IMG/VR virus record: IMGVR_UViG_3300047510_001499
Strand: one strand, 5' to 3'
Length of the DNA stretch: 64,000 nt
Source of the DNA: an uncultured virus (IMG/VR IMGVR_UViG_3300047510_001499)
Taxonomy: Duplodnaviria; Heunggongvirae; Uroviricota; Caudoviricetes
Within the stretch, counting starts at the first letter, position 1; the number at the start of each line of letters is the position of its first letter. Below the pieces are notes generated by a model. The model was not told the origin of the DNA and ran no database searches. It saw only the letters and a list, made by a program, of their open reading frames with translations. Positions 19,120-26,807 of this stretch are shown here, piece after piece. The translations under genes and the position numbers were made by a program.

Positions 19120-19730
19120 AATATAAATTATACCTTCGTGGTTGGGAACTCAATATGTCAGCCCACCAACTTACGCAAGAAGAAGTTGATACTATCCAAG
19201 ATTTAATTGAAGATGGCGAGTATGAAGATGTTACTGACATTGGGTTTGAGTTAGAATATGATATCTTACCCAATTATGCGGTGTTTGATACCAATATGTG
19301 GAAAATCTCCTCAAAAGCAACTAATGAGTCTACCACGACACTTTATCTTGTTGATGAAAACGGAAATGACATATTTGAATGTTCATTAACCGACATTATG
19401 GATTCTTACGAAATGTTAGGTGATGATGATGGTCTTGGTGAGTATGAAGGTTTTAATGAAGGTCATACTATTGTAGGTGAAGACATCCCACACATCCTTG
19501 TATACCTTGAAGAAAACAAAGGGATTATTTGTCACTTTGAATTTGAATCAGATACCCAACCAACTCCAAAAGATTTTTGTATTATAGCTGGTTCAGTTGA
19601 GACTGAAGATGGTGACCTTGATTTTGTAGATAAAGTTTGTTTTGGAAGACAAGTTCTTGAACCTAATTACGATGAAGAATCTCTTAATGGTAAAAATTTA
19701 GAGTTTAATATTTTATCTTACGAAGCGTGA
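19116..19730 (+). CDS. highly acidic hypothetical protein
   Basis: D/E-rich ORF. Confidence 0.7.
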   Translation: MKYKLYLRGWELNMSAHQLTQEEVDTIQDLIEDGEYEDVTDIGFELEYDILPNYAVFDTNMWKISSKATNESTTTLYLVDENGNDIFECSLTDIMDSYEMLGDDDGLGEYEGFNEGHTIVGEDIPHILVYLEENKGIICHFEFESDTQPTPKDFCIIAGSVETEDGDLDFVDKVCFGRQVLEPNYDEESLNGKNLEFNILSYEA

Positions 19731-20404
19731 TTTTTGGAAGAGAACATATTACAAAAGAATCACTTGATATACTAAAACACATTACCCACGAAATTGATGG
19801 TGATATGTCTTACGACTACCCATTGGGTGATATTCAAAATAAAATTCTACACCATCACAATCACATACTCTATGATATCCGTAGTGTATTGGGTAGTGAT
19901 GAAAAAGTATATCTTGAATTAGGAACTTATGCTGGTGGTTCATCCGCTTTAGTAACATCCCACCCATATCCCACCAAGGCATATGGGATTGATATATGTG
20001 AACGATTTTACGAAGATACAGTTTATGATACTGTAAATCGGTTTGTAAAACCACATAACTCTTTTAAATTTTACGAGGGTAATTGTCAAGACAAAAACTT
20101 CATTCAAAAGCTAAAATCAGAAATACCAAAGGTTGATTTATTATACATTGATGCGGGTCATTGGTTCTTTGATGTATTGTATGATTTTACAAACTTTGTT
20201 GACTTCGTAAACCCAGGCGGTTATATTGTATTTGATGATTATGAAGATATTTGGTCATCAACCGAAGTTTGTTATGCTGTTGATTATTTGGTAGCTAACA
20301 AAATGAAGGATGGGTTTGAGATAGTAGGTTCATTACCAAATATACAAAACGCAAGACCGGCGATTATGTTAAACTCAAATTTGTTTGTAGTAAAGAAATT
20401 ATAA
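19727..20404 (+). CDS. class I SAM methyltransferase (Methyltransf_24-like)
   Basis: YLELGTYAGGS, DLLYIDAGH, PGGYIVFDDY. Confidence 0.88.
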   Translation: MIFGREHITKESLDILKHITHEIDGDMSYDYPLGDIQNKILHHHNHILYDIRSVLGSDEKVYLELGTYAGGSSALVTSHPYPTKAYGIDICERFYEDTVYDTVNRFVKPHNSFKFYEGNCQDKNFIQKLKSEIPKVDLLYIDAGHWFFDVLYDFTNFVDFVNPGGYIVFDDYEDIWSSTEVCYAVDYLVANKMKDGFEIVGSLPNIQNARPAIMLNSNLFVVKKL

Positions 20405-20442
20405 TTCTTGTGTAATTCAAACTTATTTTGTATATTTGTAAA

Positions 20443-20643
20443 ATGATTAACGTAATATCACTATATCTGATTGTTGGATTCATCCATATGTTTTTGATTG
20501 GATTTGTCACAACAAGAATAAAAAAACTTGGCGGTGATATTGAATACACCCATTTGGAACGAATTATGGTTATTTTAGTATGGCCTGTATTTGGATTCTT
20601 TTTTTGGTATAACTTTTTTAGAACCTTACTTGGAAATAAGTGA
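20443..20643 (+). CDS. small membrane protein
   Basis: Two hydrophobic segments; ATG 4 nt after TATATTTG. Confidence 0.65.
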   Translation: MINVISLYLIVGFIHMFLIGFVTTRIKKLGGDIEYTHLERIMVILVWPVFGFFFWYNFFRTLLGNK

Positions 20644-21041
20644 TGGATTTATCTACCGAACAACAAATAGAATTATTGGGTCTGATGAAGCATTGGGTAG
20701 TTGCTACTCAAATTGATAAGACCAAAGAGGGAAACTATATGGTAGTTGTAAATGACTCATTTGAACAACACTCATTAGGAAACCCATATGATTTGGTGGA
20801 AATGATAGAGAATCTTCGTGGTGATTTATTTGCTAAAGATTTTATAGAATTTGAACGCAAGTTAAAAGACAAGATAAAAGTTAATGATAGTCGGTTTGTT
20901 AGGACACGATACATTTTGAATATGTTGTTTGAAGATATGGTACGGCAAGTGAATGTTCGTAATCACCGAAAGGATACAAAATACAAGATGTTGTATTTGA
21001 ACTTTGTTGATTTTCTTGAAAAATTACCAAAATCAAAATGA
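20640..21041 (+). CDS. hypothetical protein
   Basis: ORF track. Confidence 0.65.
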   Translation: MMDLSTEQQIELLGLMKHWVVATQIDKTKEGNYMVVVNDSFEQHSLGNPYDLVEMIENLRGDLFAKDFIEFERKLKDKIKVNDSRFVRTRYILNMLFEDMVRQVNVRNHRKDTKYKMLYLNFVDFLEKLPKSK

Positions 21042-21778
21042 AATTAGATAAGGTATATATCATTACATTGGACCAATCGGATGAGAACCAAAAGTCTATT
21101 TTAGAAAGATTGGTTTTTATGGGTGTTCCAAATGAAACGACCTATATAATTTTTGATGGTGTAAATGGTCGTGAATTATTTTCTACCGAGCAAGGTCGTT
21201 TAGACTACGGAATTAAATTCTACGATGGTTGGAAGTTGAATGACTCAAATGATTTTTGGAATCGTGCAGTCACAACTGGCGAAGCTGGTGGTATGTGTTC
21301 CCATATTAAAGTGTGGGAAGACGCCTATACAAATGGATATGAAAATATTTTAATTCTTGAAGATGATTACAATCCCGAGCAACCATTTCCGTGGAGTGTA
21401 TGTGATGAGTTAGAAAACTACGAATACGATATTTTGTTTCTATCAAGAAAATTACAAAGTGGTCATTACGACATTGAAATTGGATTTGATAATTTTGTAG
21501 TTCCTGGTTACTCATATCAAACACATTCTTACATAGTATCCAAATCGGGACTGAAAAAATTAGTAGAAACGCATCTACCAACTCTAAAACAAAACATAGT
21601 AGTATCGGATGAGTTTTTACCTGCAACCTATACAACACACCCACGAGAAGACATTCGTAATATGTATCAACGAAATATCAGCGCTCTGGCTTATAGATAC
21701 AACCTCATAACACAATTACGATTTGAAGCTTTAGGAAATTCACTAACATCTCCTATTCAAGGAATAGATTATTATTAA
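21038..21778 (+). CDS. glycosyltransferase family 25
   Basis: VYIITL, FDGVNG, GEAGGMCSHIKVW, ILILEDD, YQTHSYIVS. Confidence 0.85.
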   Translation: MKLDKVYIITLDQSDENQKSILERLVFMGVPNETTYIIFDGVNGRELFSTEQGRLDYGIKFYDGWKLNDSNDFWNRAVTTGEAGGMCSHIKVWEDAYTNGYENILILEDDYNPEQPFPWSVCDELENYEYDILFLSRKLQSGHYDIEIGFDNFVVPGYSYQTHSYIVSKSGLKKLVETHLPTLKQNIVVSDEFLPATYTTHPREDIRNMYQRNISALAYRYNLITQLRFEALGNSLTSPIQGIDYY

Positions 21779-21780
21779 TT

Positions 21781-22101
21781 ATGACTGAACAAGAATTACA
21801 CAAGCTATTAGAAATCCAATACCTAAAGGGTCGTTTGGATGAACTACACAAAGCGTTTCCAACGGTGATTGATTTACATCGCTCTCGTAAATTAGATGCT
21901 CGTATTCAAAAATATTACGACAAACTCAAGAACACGGATGAAATGGCATATCACTTATATTTGGTGGAACGACACAACCAACAAGTGTCCAAAGAAAAAT
22001 CTCAAAAGCATATGAAAGACTTGTTGGAATCAATCATCCCACAATTGGGTGATATGGAACTGATAAATAAAATTAAAAAACAAATTGAAACTTATATTTA
22101 A
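21781..22101 (+). CDS. hypothetical protein
   Basis: ORF track. Confidence 0.7.
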   Translation: MTEQELHKLLEIQYLKGRLDELHKAFPTVIDLHRSRKLDARIQKYYDKLKNTDEMAYHLYLVERHNQQVSKEKSQKHMKDLLESIIPQLGDMELINKIKKQIETYI

Positions 22102-22107
22102 ATAAAA

Positions 22108-22139
22108 TTTGGCAATATCAAATTAGTTTCGTATATTTG
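22108..22139 (+). promoter_or_regulatory. promoter of the tRNA cluster
   Basis: TTTG 22108; TATATTTG 22132. Confidence 0.75.
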
Positions 22140-22152
22140 TATCAACAAAAAT

Positions 22153-22238
22153 GCCGATGTGGTGAAATAGGTAGACACAAGGGACTTAAAATCCCTCGCT
22201 CAGTAATGAGTGTGCCGGTTCAAGTCCGGCCATCGGTA
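22153..22238 (+). tRNA. tRNA-Leu(TAA)
   Basis: GCCGATG/CATCGGT acceptor; AGGGA-CTTAAAA-TCCCT; long variable arm. Confidence 0.95.
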
Positions 22239-22286
22239 CACGGAAACCCACATAGAGTTCTTTGATTTATTGGTTTTTAAAAAAAC

Positions 22287-22360
22287 GCCCCGATAGCTCA
22301 GCTGAATAGAGCAACGCACTTCTAATGCGTAGGTCGCAGGTTTGAATCCTGCTCGGGGTA
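22287..22360 (+). tRNA. tRNA-Arg(TCT)
   Basis: ACGCA-CTTCTAA-TGCGT; T-loop TTTGAAT. Confidence 0.93.
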
Positions 22361-22415
22361 CTCCCAGGCGTGTACAATCAACACCAAGGTTATGGTTGTC
22401 CTTTAACAACCAGTT

Positions 22416-22488
22416 AGGGAAGTAGCGCAGATGGTAGCGCACCGCATTTGGGATGCGGGGGTCGCAGGTTCAAGTCCTGTCTTCCCTA
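22416..22488 (+). tRNA. tRNA-Pro(TGG)
   Basis: CCGCA-TTTGGGA-TGCGG; AGGGAAG/CTTCCCT. Confidence 0.93.
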
Positions 22489-22580
22489 CAAACAGTACTT
22501 ACTACGCTACCCATAAGAACAGCGTCCCAGGGTAAGTCATTTACGAGGGTAGGTAGTTGCAAATGCCTATCCTCACTTAA

Positions 22581-22663
22581 TGGAAGGTGGGTGAGTGGTT
22601 AAAACCGGCAGACTGTAACTCTGCTCCCTTACGGGTACGGCGGTTCAAATCCGTCCCTTCCAA
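22581..22663 (+). tRNA. tRNA-Tyr(GTA)
   Basis: GCAGA-CTGTAAC-TCTGC; variable arm. Confidence 0.92.
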
Positions 22664-22674
22664 CTAAATAATAT

Positions 22675-22746
22675 GCTCCGTTAGTGAAGAGGTTATCACA
22701 CATCCCTTTCACGGATGAGTCAGGGGTTCAATTCCCCTACGGAGTA
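22675..22746 (+). tRNA. tRNA-Glu(TTC)
   Basis: CATCC-CTTTCAC-GGATG. Confidence 0.92.
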
Positions 22747-22787
22747 CAATGATTAAGTTTCTTTTACATACTTATTCACACAACAAC

Positions 22788-22874
22788 GGAGGTTTGGCAG
22801 AGTGGTTGAATGCGGCAGTCTTGAAAACTGTTTTACGAGAAATTGTAACCGGGGTTCAAATCCCTGAGCCTCCG
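22788..22874 (+). tRNA. tRNA-Ser(TGA)
   Basis: GCAGT-CTTGAAA-ACTGT; long variable arm; G73. Confidence 0.93.
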
Positions 22875-22886
22875 CTAAAAAAAAGA

Positions 22887-22918
22887 TTTGGCAATATGAA
22901 ATTTATTTCGTATATTTG
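22887..22918 (+). promoter_or_regulatory. promoter upstream of the tRNA-Gly-like element
   Basis: TTTG 22887; TATATTTG 22911. Confidence 0.75.
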
Positions 22919-22928
22919 TCAAACAATT

Positions 22929-23000
22929 GCGGAAAAAGACTTAAAAGAAAGTCGCTTATCATCCAGATAAGAGGAGTTGGGGCAGTTCCAACTTTCCGCT
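22929..23000 (+). tRNA. non-canonical tRNA-Gly(TCC)-like RNA
   Basis: Perfect cloverleaf stems GCGGAAA/TTTCCGC+T, GACT/AGTC, CTTAT-CATCCAG-ATAAG, GTTGG-GGCAGTT-CCAAC; lacks U8, D-loop GG, U33 and TTC. Confidence 0.75.
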
Positions 23001-23058
23001 CAAACAAGGATGTGTTCTTTGTCGTTTTATGTTTAACAATTTAATGTAAAGTTTTCGT

Positions 23059-23226
23059 ATGAAGAAAATCATTGCAATGTTCGCTATCGCAGCATCAGTT
23101 GCTGCTTGTAGTGAAGCTACTGAAGAAGTAGTAGTTGAAGAAACCACCGTAGACACTACGGCTGTTGTAGATTCTGCTGCTATTGAAGTAGAAGAAGTAG
23201 AAGGCGTAGAAGCTGCCGCTGAATAA
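23059..23226 (+). CDS. small acidic lipoprotein (55 aa; missed by ORF track)
   Basis: MKKIIAMFAIAASVAA-C-SEATEEVVVEETTVDTTAVVDSAAIEVEEVEGVEAAAE*. Confidence 0.8.
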   Translation: MKKIIAMFAIAASVAACSEATEEVVVEETTVDTTAVVDSAAIEVEEVEGVEAAAE

Positions 23227-23286
23227 TATAAAGAGCTGAGTCTAGCCGATGGGTTTTGATAGTTGAACCCTAATCAACTATCGTAA

Positions 23287-23359
23287 GCCTCCATAGCTCA
23301 GTTGGTAGAGCTACTGATTTGTAATCAGTAGGTCGCTGGTTCAAGTCCGGCTGGAGGCT
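23287..23359 (+). tRNA. tRNA-Thr(TGT)
   Basis: ACTGA-TTTGTAA-TCAGT. Confidence 0.95.
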
Positions 23360-23440
23360 CAAGGTATGAATTGAAGACAGTAATAAAACCGACTGCGGTG
23401 TTCTTTATGAACGAGTGTAACCGGATATTCATATCCCATT

Positions 23441-23514
23441 GGGGGTATAGCTCAGTTGGCTAGAGCATCTGCTTTGCACGCAGAGGGTCGGGGGTTCAAA
23501 TCCCTCTATCTCCA
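23441..23514 (+). tRNA. tRNA-Ala(TGC)
   Basis: TCTGC-TTTGCAC-GCAGA; G3:U70. Confidence 0.95.
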
Positions 23515-23605
23515 CCTTGCATGCCATGCGAAGGTTTCTTTGTTCCTTGGGAAAAACAAAGTGGAGCTACAGTGGCGGGTTGCTGTTGTCCCACAACAAC
23601 AGGGT

Positions 23606-23678
23606 GCGGTAATAGCTCAGTTGGTAGAGCATAACCTTGCCAAGGTTAGGGTCGCAGGTTCAAGTCCTGTTTACCGCT
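23606..23678 (+). tRNA. tRNA-Gly(GCC)
   Basis: TAACC-TTGCCAA-GGTTA; U73. Confidence 0.95.
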
Positions 23679-23798
23679 CAAGTAGACCTTTAAAAGGGCC
23701 CTTCCGTGTTACACGGCTTGTTGGGCCCGGGTCTACGACCTAATTAAATTTTAAAATAATAATTTAATAATTATTAACCGAACGATATCACTAAATTT

Positions 23799-23870
23799 TG
23801 CCCTATCGTCTAATTGGCAGGACATCTGATTTTGGTTCAGCGAATTGAGGTTCAAATCCTTGTGGGGCAA
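23799..23870 (+). tRNA. tRNA-Gln(TTG)
   Basis: CTGA-TTTTGGT-TCAG; TGCCCTA/TGGGGCA. Confidence 0.9.
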
Positions 23871-23889
23871 CAAATATTTACGGAGTTAT

Positions 23890-24390
23890 ATGAAGAACCT
23901 ATTAAATTGGTTTAAATTTTTACTACCTCAAAAGAAATTCAATCCATCTATCATTGAGGATTATAAATTGATTTTTGAGCATACTGAATATAAAAAACAT
24001 AGACTTTCCGGCTATACCGAATGGAAAGTTGAACGCAGCATTTTAAAATCCAATAAAGAATACAAATACGGATATTTTGAAATCCAAACTGATGGTGATG
24101 CTATTTTAGCATCAGATAGGATATTTGGTTTAAATATTTCGTTGAATAGTAATGGTTGGTTTTTCTTTTCAACTTTGGAACCTGAAATGAAGAAGGTTTG
24201 GAAACACCATAATAAAAACAAATCCGTTAAGTATGGATTGTTGTGGACTCCAAGCCGAATCATCGTTTTTATAAACGACACTATGTTATATGATACATCA
24301 GATATTGATATTGTTAAATATTATATTGAACCTATGAAGATAATCACATCCAAAGAATGTGAATATATAAAGGTATACCAAAAAAAATGA
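23890..24390 (+). CDS. degenerate GH16/ConA-fold-like protein
   Basis: KYGYFEI and YGLLWTPSRIIVFIND resemble GH16 strands; no ExDxxE catalytic motif. Confidence 0.5.
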   Translation: MKNLLNWFKFLLPQKKFNPSIIEDYKLIFEHTEYKKHRLSGYTEWKVERSILKSNKEYKYGYFEIQTDGDAILASDRIFGLNISLNSNGWFFFSTLEPEMKKVWKHHNKNKSVKYGLLWTPSRIIVFINDTMLYDTSDIDIVKYYIEPMKIITSKECEYIKVYQKK

Positions 24391-24413
24391 TATTTTGATT
24401 AAAAATAATTAAG

Positions 24414-24451
24414 AGGGGGCTTGTTTAAGTCCCCTTTTTTTATTATCTTTA
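24414..24451 (+). terminator. terminator hairpin overlapping the next promoter
   Basis: AGGGGGCTT-GTTT-AAGTCCCCT plus T-run; TATCTTTA 24444. Confidence 0.7.
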
Positions 24452-24470
24452 CATCGTAATAATTATTGAT

Positions 24471-24623
24471 ATGGCTAAGACATATAAAGACAAGTTGAAA
24501 TTCAATGGTGATTGGACTGTTGGTGAAGCAGCCCATCATATCGGTAAGAAGACTACTACCAAAACACACAAGTCCGAACGAATGTATAATCGGAAAAATA
24601 AATCGTGGAAGCAAGAAATTTAA
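24471..24623 (+). CDS. small basic protein (50 aa; missed by ORF track)
   Basis: MAKTYKDKLKFNGDWTVGEAAHHIGKKTTTKTHKSERMYNRKNKSWKQEI*. Confidence 0.65.
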   Translation: MAKTYKDKLKFNGDWTVGEAAHHIGKKTTTKTHKSERMYNRKNKSWKQEI

Positions 24624-24674
24624 CAATTTGTTAACATTGACCTATTGTGTATTCAAATTATTTTCGTATCTTTG
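24620..24674 (+). promoter_or_regulatory. TTAACA box plus promoter
   Basis: TTAACAATTTGTTAACATT; TATCTTTG 24667. Confidence 0.8.
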
Positions 24675-24692
24675 TATAGTAATCATTGACCT

Positions 24693-26738
24693 ATGACTAA
24701 ATCAAAATCTTCTTACTCTTCGTTCTGGCTTGACAAGTCCCTATTCCTTGATGAGGACACTACCTATGTCACCGATATAGAACGAAAGTCCTCTGACCTT
24801 ATGAAATTGGTATCCTACAAACGTGCGGTATCCAACTTCGTTAATATTGTAACGGGTATGCCAATTAAGGTCACCTTTGATGAACGGGGTTCCGACTCTT
24901 ACACCGATGGTACGGAAGTAGTTATCTCCGCTAAGATGGATGATGCTGAATTTGACCCCACGGTGGGTCTGGCGCTTCACGAGGGTTCTCACATCAAACT
25001 TACTGACTTTGAGACTCTTCGTAAAATGGCTCGTGATAATTACTTTCCATCTACTATTGATGTGAACTATCTTCGTGAAAAGATGGGTCTTGAACTTGAG
25101 TCAAGTGTTTCATCCGCTATTTACGACCAACTGAAAGACCTGCTTAATGTGGTTGAGGACCGTAGGATTGATAACTACATCTTCCAAACCGCTCCGGGCT
25201 ATCGTGGTTACTACGAGTCAATGTACGATAAATACTTCAACGCCAAGATTATTGATAAAGGTCTTCAGTCTTCCGAGTATCGTGATGAGAATTGGGATTC
25301 TTACATTTTCCGAATTGCAAACATCACCAACGCAAATCGTGACCTTGACGCTTTGAAGGGTCTTCGTGAGATTTGGAACATCCTTGACCTTAAAAATATT
25401 GGTCGGTTGAAAACTACTTGGGATGCTCTTGAGGTTGCAGGTGCTGTGTTTATGGTTTACTTTAAAAATTACATTGAGGCTAAAGAACAAGGTCAAGGTG
25501 GTGGTGATAATCAGACCGAACCAAAAGAACACGAAATGAACGGACAAGCCGATATGAGTGGTGATATGGATGACCAATCATCGGAAGGCGGTATGTCTTC
25601 TAATATGGATATGAGTGGTGAACCTACCGATAGTGGTGATGAGACTGAAGTAGAACAACTCAGCCCATCTCAAGTTGAACAACTTAAACGGGCTATTGAA
25701 AAGCAGAAGAAGTTTCAAGAAGGTGAGGTCACTAAAAAGAAAATTGGTAAGAGTGAAAAGCGTAAGGTAGAAGCTCTTGACCGAGCTGATATTGATGTTG
25801 AGGTCACGGGTAAGGATATGACTCGTAAGTGGAATAGTTCCGCTTCGGGTGGAACCCAAACCTATGTGGTTCGTAACTTTAGTAAAGAGTTGATTTCTAC
25901 CAATCAGTTTCCAATTCTTACGGATTCTGTCTGGCGGACTGAACAAAATGTGAAAAACACCCAACGGGGTATTCAGTTGGGTATTCTCTTGGGTAAAAAA
26001 CTCAAGACTCGTAATGAAGAACGCTCTTTGATTACCCCTCGTATGAAGAGTGGTAAATTAAGTGCTCGTATGATTCACGAGATTGGGTTTGGTAACTTTG
26101 ATATCTTTGAACGAACGATGGTCAACAAATCCAAGCCCGCTGTGATTCACATCACTATTGACGCTAGTGGTTCAATGGGTGGTGATAAGTGGAACAACAC
26201 CCAAGTCGCAGCGGTTGCTATCGCTAAGGCGGCTTCAATGACCCAAAACATTGATGTGGTAATTTCTTACCGAAGTACAATGGGTTATGGTAGTGATTAT
26301 GTACCATTCATCTTGGTGGCTTATGATAGTCGTAAGGACAAGTTCTCTAAAATTCAGAACTTATTCCACCACATTACTCCAAACGGAACGACTCCTGAAG
26401 GTTTGTGTTTTGAGGCTGTGATGAAGGATATTATCGGATACGCTAAAGGTAGTGACGCTTACTTTATCAACTTTTCCGATGGATGTCCGACATTCTCAAA
26501 CAACGACATCTACTACGAAGGTCAAGATGCTTACAATCACACTGCCGCTCAAGTTAAGAAAATCCGCCAAGCCGGAATCAATGTCCTTTCTTACTTCATC
26601 ACCGAAGGTTACTACGGAACCGACGCACAGGCCTTCAAAACGATGTATGGTAAAGACGCTCAGTTCATCAATGTGACCGAGGTGGCTCCTCTTGCTAAAA
26701 CACTTAACTCAAAGTTTGAGGCAAATTTAACAATTTGA
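24693..26738 (+). CDS. VWA-domain protein with N-terminal HExxH domain (CobT-like partner of a MoxR-type ATPase)
   Basis: HEGSH...EDRRID; acidic linker; MIDAS DASGSM, TP, SDG. Confidence 0.85.
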   Translation: MTKSKSSYSSFWLDKSLFLDEDTTYVTDIERKSSDLMKLVSYKRAVSNFVNIVTGMPIKVTFDERGSDSYTDGTEVVISAKMDDAEFDPTVGLALHEGSHIKLTDFETLRKMARDNYFPSTIDVNYLREKMGLELESSVSSAIYDQLKDLLNVVEDRRIDNYIFQTAPGYRGYYESMYDKYFNAKIIDKGLQSSEYRDENWDSYIFRIANITNANRDLDALKGLREIWNILDLKNIGRLKTTWDALEVAGAVFMVYFKNYIEAKEQGQGGGDNQTEPKEHEMNGQADMSGDMDDQSSEGGMSSNMDMSGEPTDSGDETEVEQLSPSQVEQLKRAIEKQKKFQEGEVTKKKIGKSEKRKVEALDRADIDVEVTGKDMTRKWNSSASGGTQTYVVRNFSKELISTNQFPILTDSVWRTEQNVKNTQRGIQLGILLGKKLKTRNEERSLITPRMKSGKLSARMIHEIGFGNFDIFERTMVNKSKPAVIHITIDASGSMGGDKWNNTQVAAVAIAKAASMTQNIDVVISYRSTMGYGSDYVPFILVAYDSRKDKFSKIQNLFHHITPNGTTPEGLCFEAVMKDIIGYAKGSDAYFINFSDGCPTFSNNDIYYEGQDAYNHTAAQVKKIRQAGINVLSYFITEGYYGTDAQAFKTMYGKDAQFINVTEVAPLAKTLNSKFEANLTI

Positions 26739-26781
26739 TAACATTAGACGCTTGTATATTCCGAATAATTTCGTATCTTTG
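26727..26781 (+). promoter_or_regulatory. TTAACA box plus promoter
   Basis: TTAACAATTTGATAACATT; TATCTTTG 26774. Confidence 0.8.
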
Positions 26782-26807
26782 TTAAGTAATCAGTTAATCA
26801 CTCTTTT

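Noticed and set aside
23363..23437. Hammerhead ribozyme (TTGAAGA resembles CUGANGA)
   Set aside because: No GAAA after the following stem; catalytic core incomplete
22200..23743. ORF-track entries 22200-22442, 22749-22970, 22959-23156 and 23456-23743
   Set aside because: They overlap tRNA genes or are antisense to the small lipoprotein
23890..24390. Active GH16 glycoside hydrolase
   Set aside because: No ExDxxE catalytic motif; only partial fold resemblance
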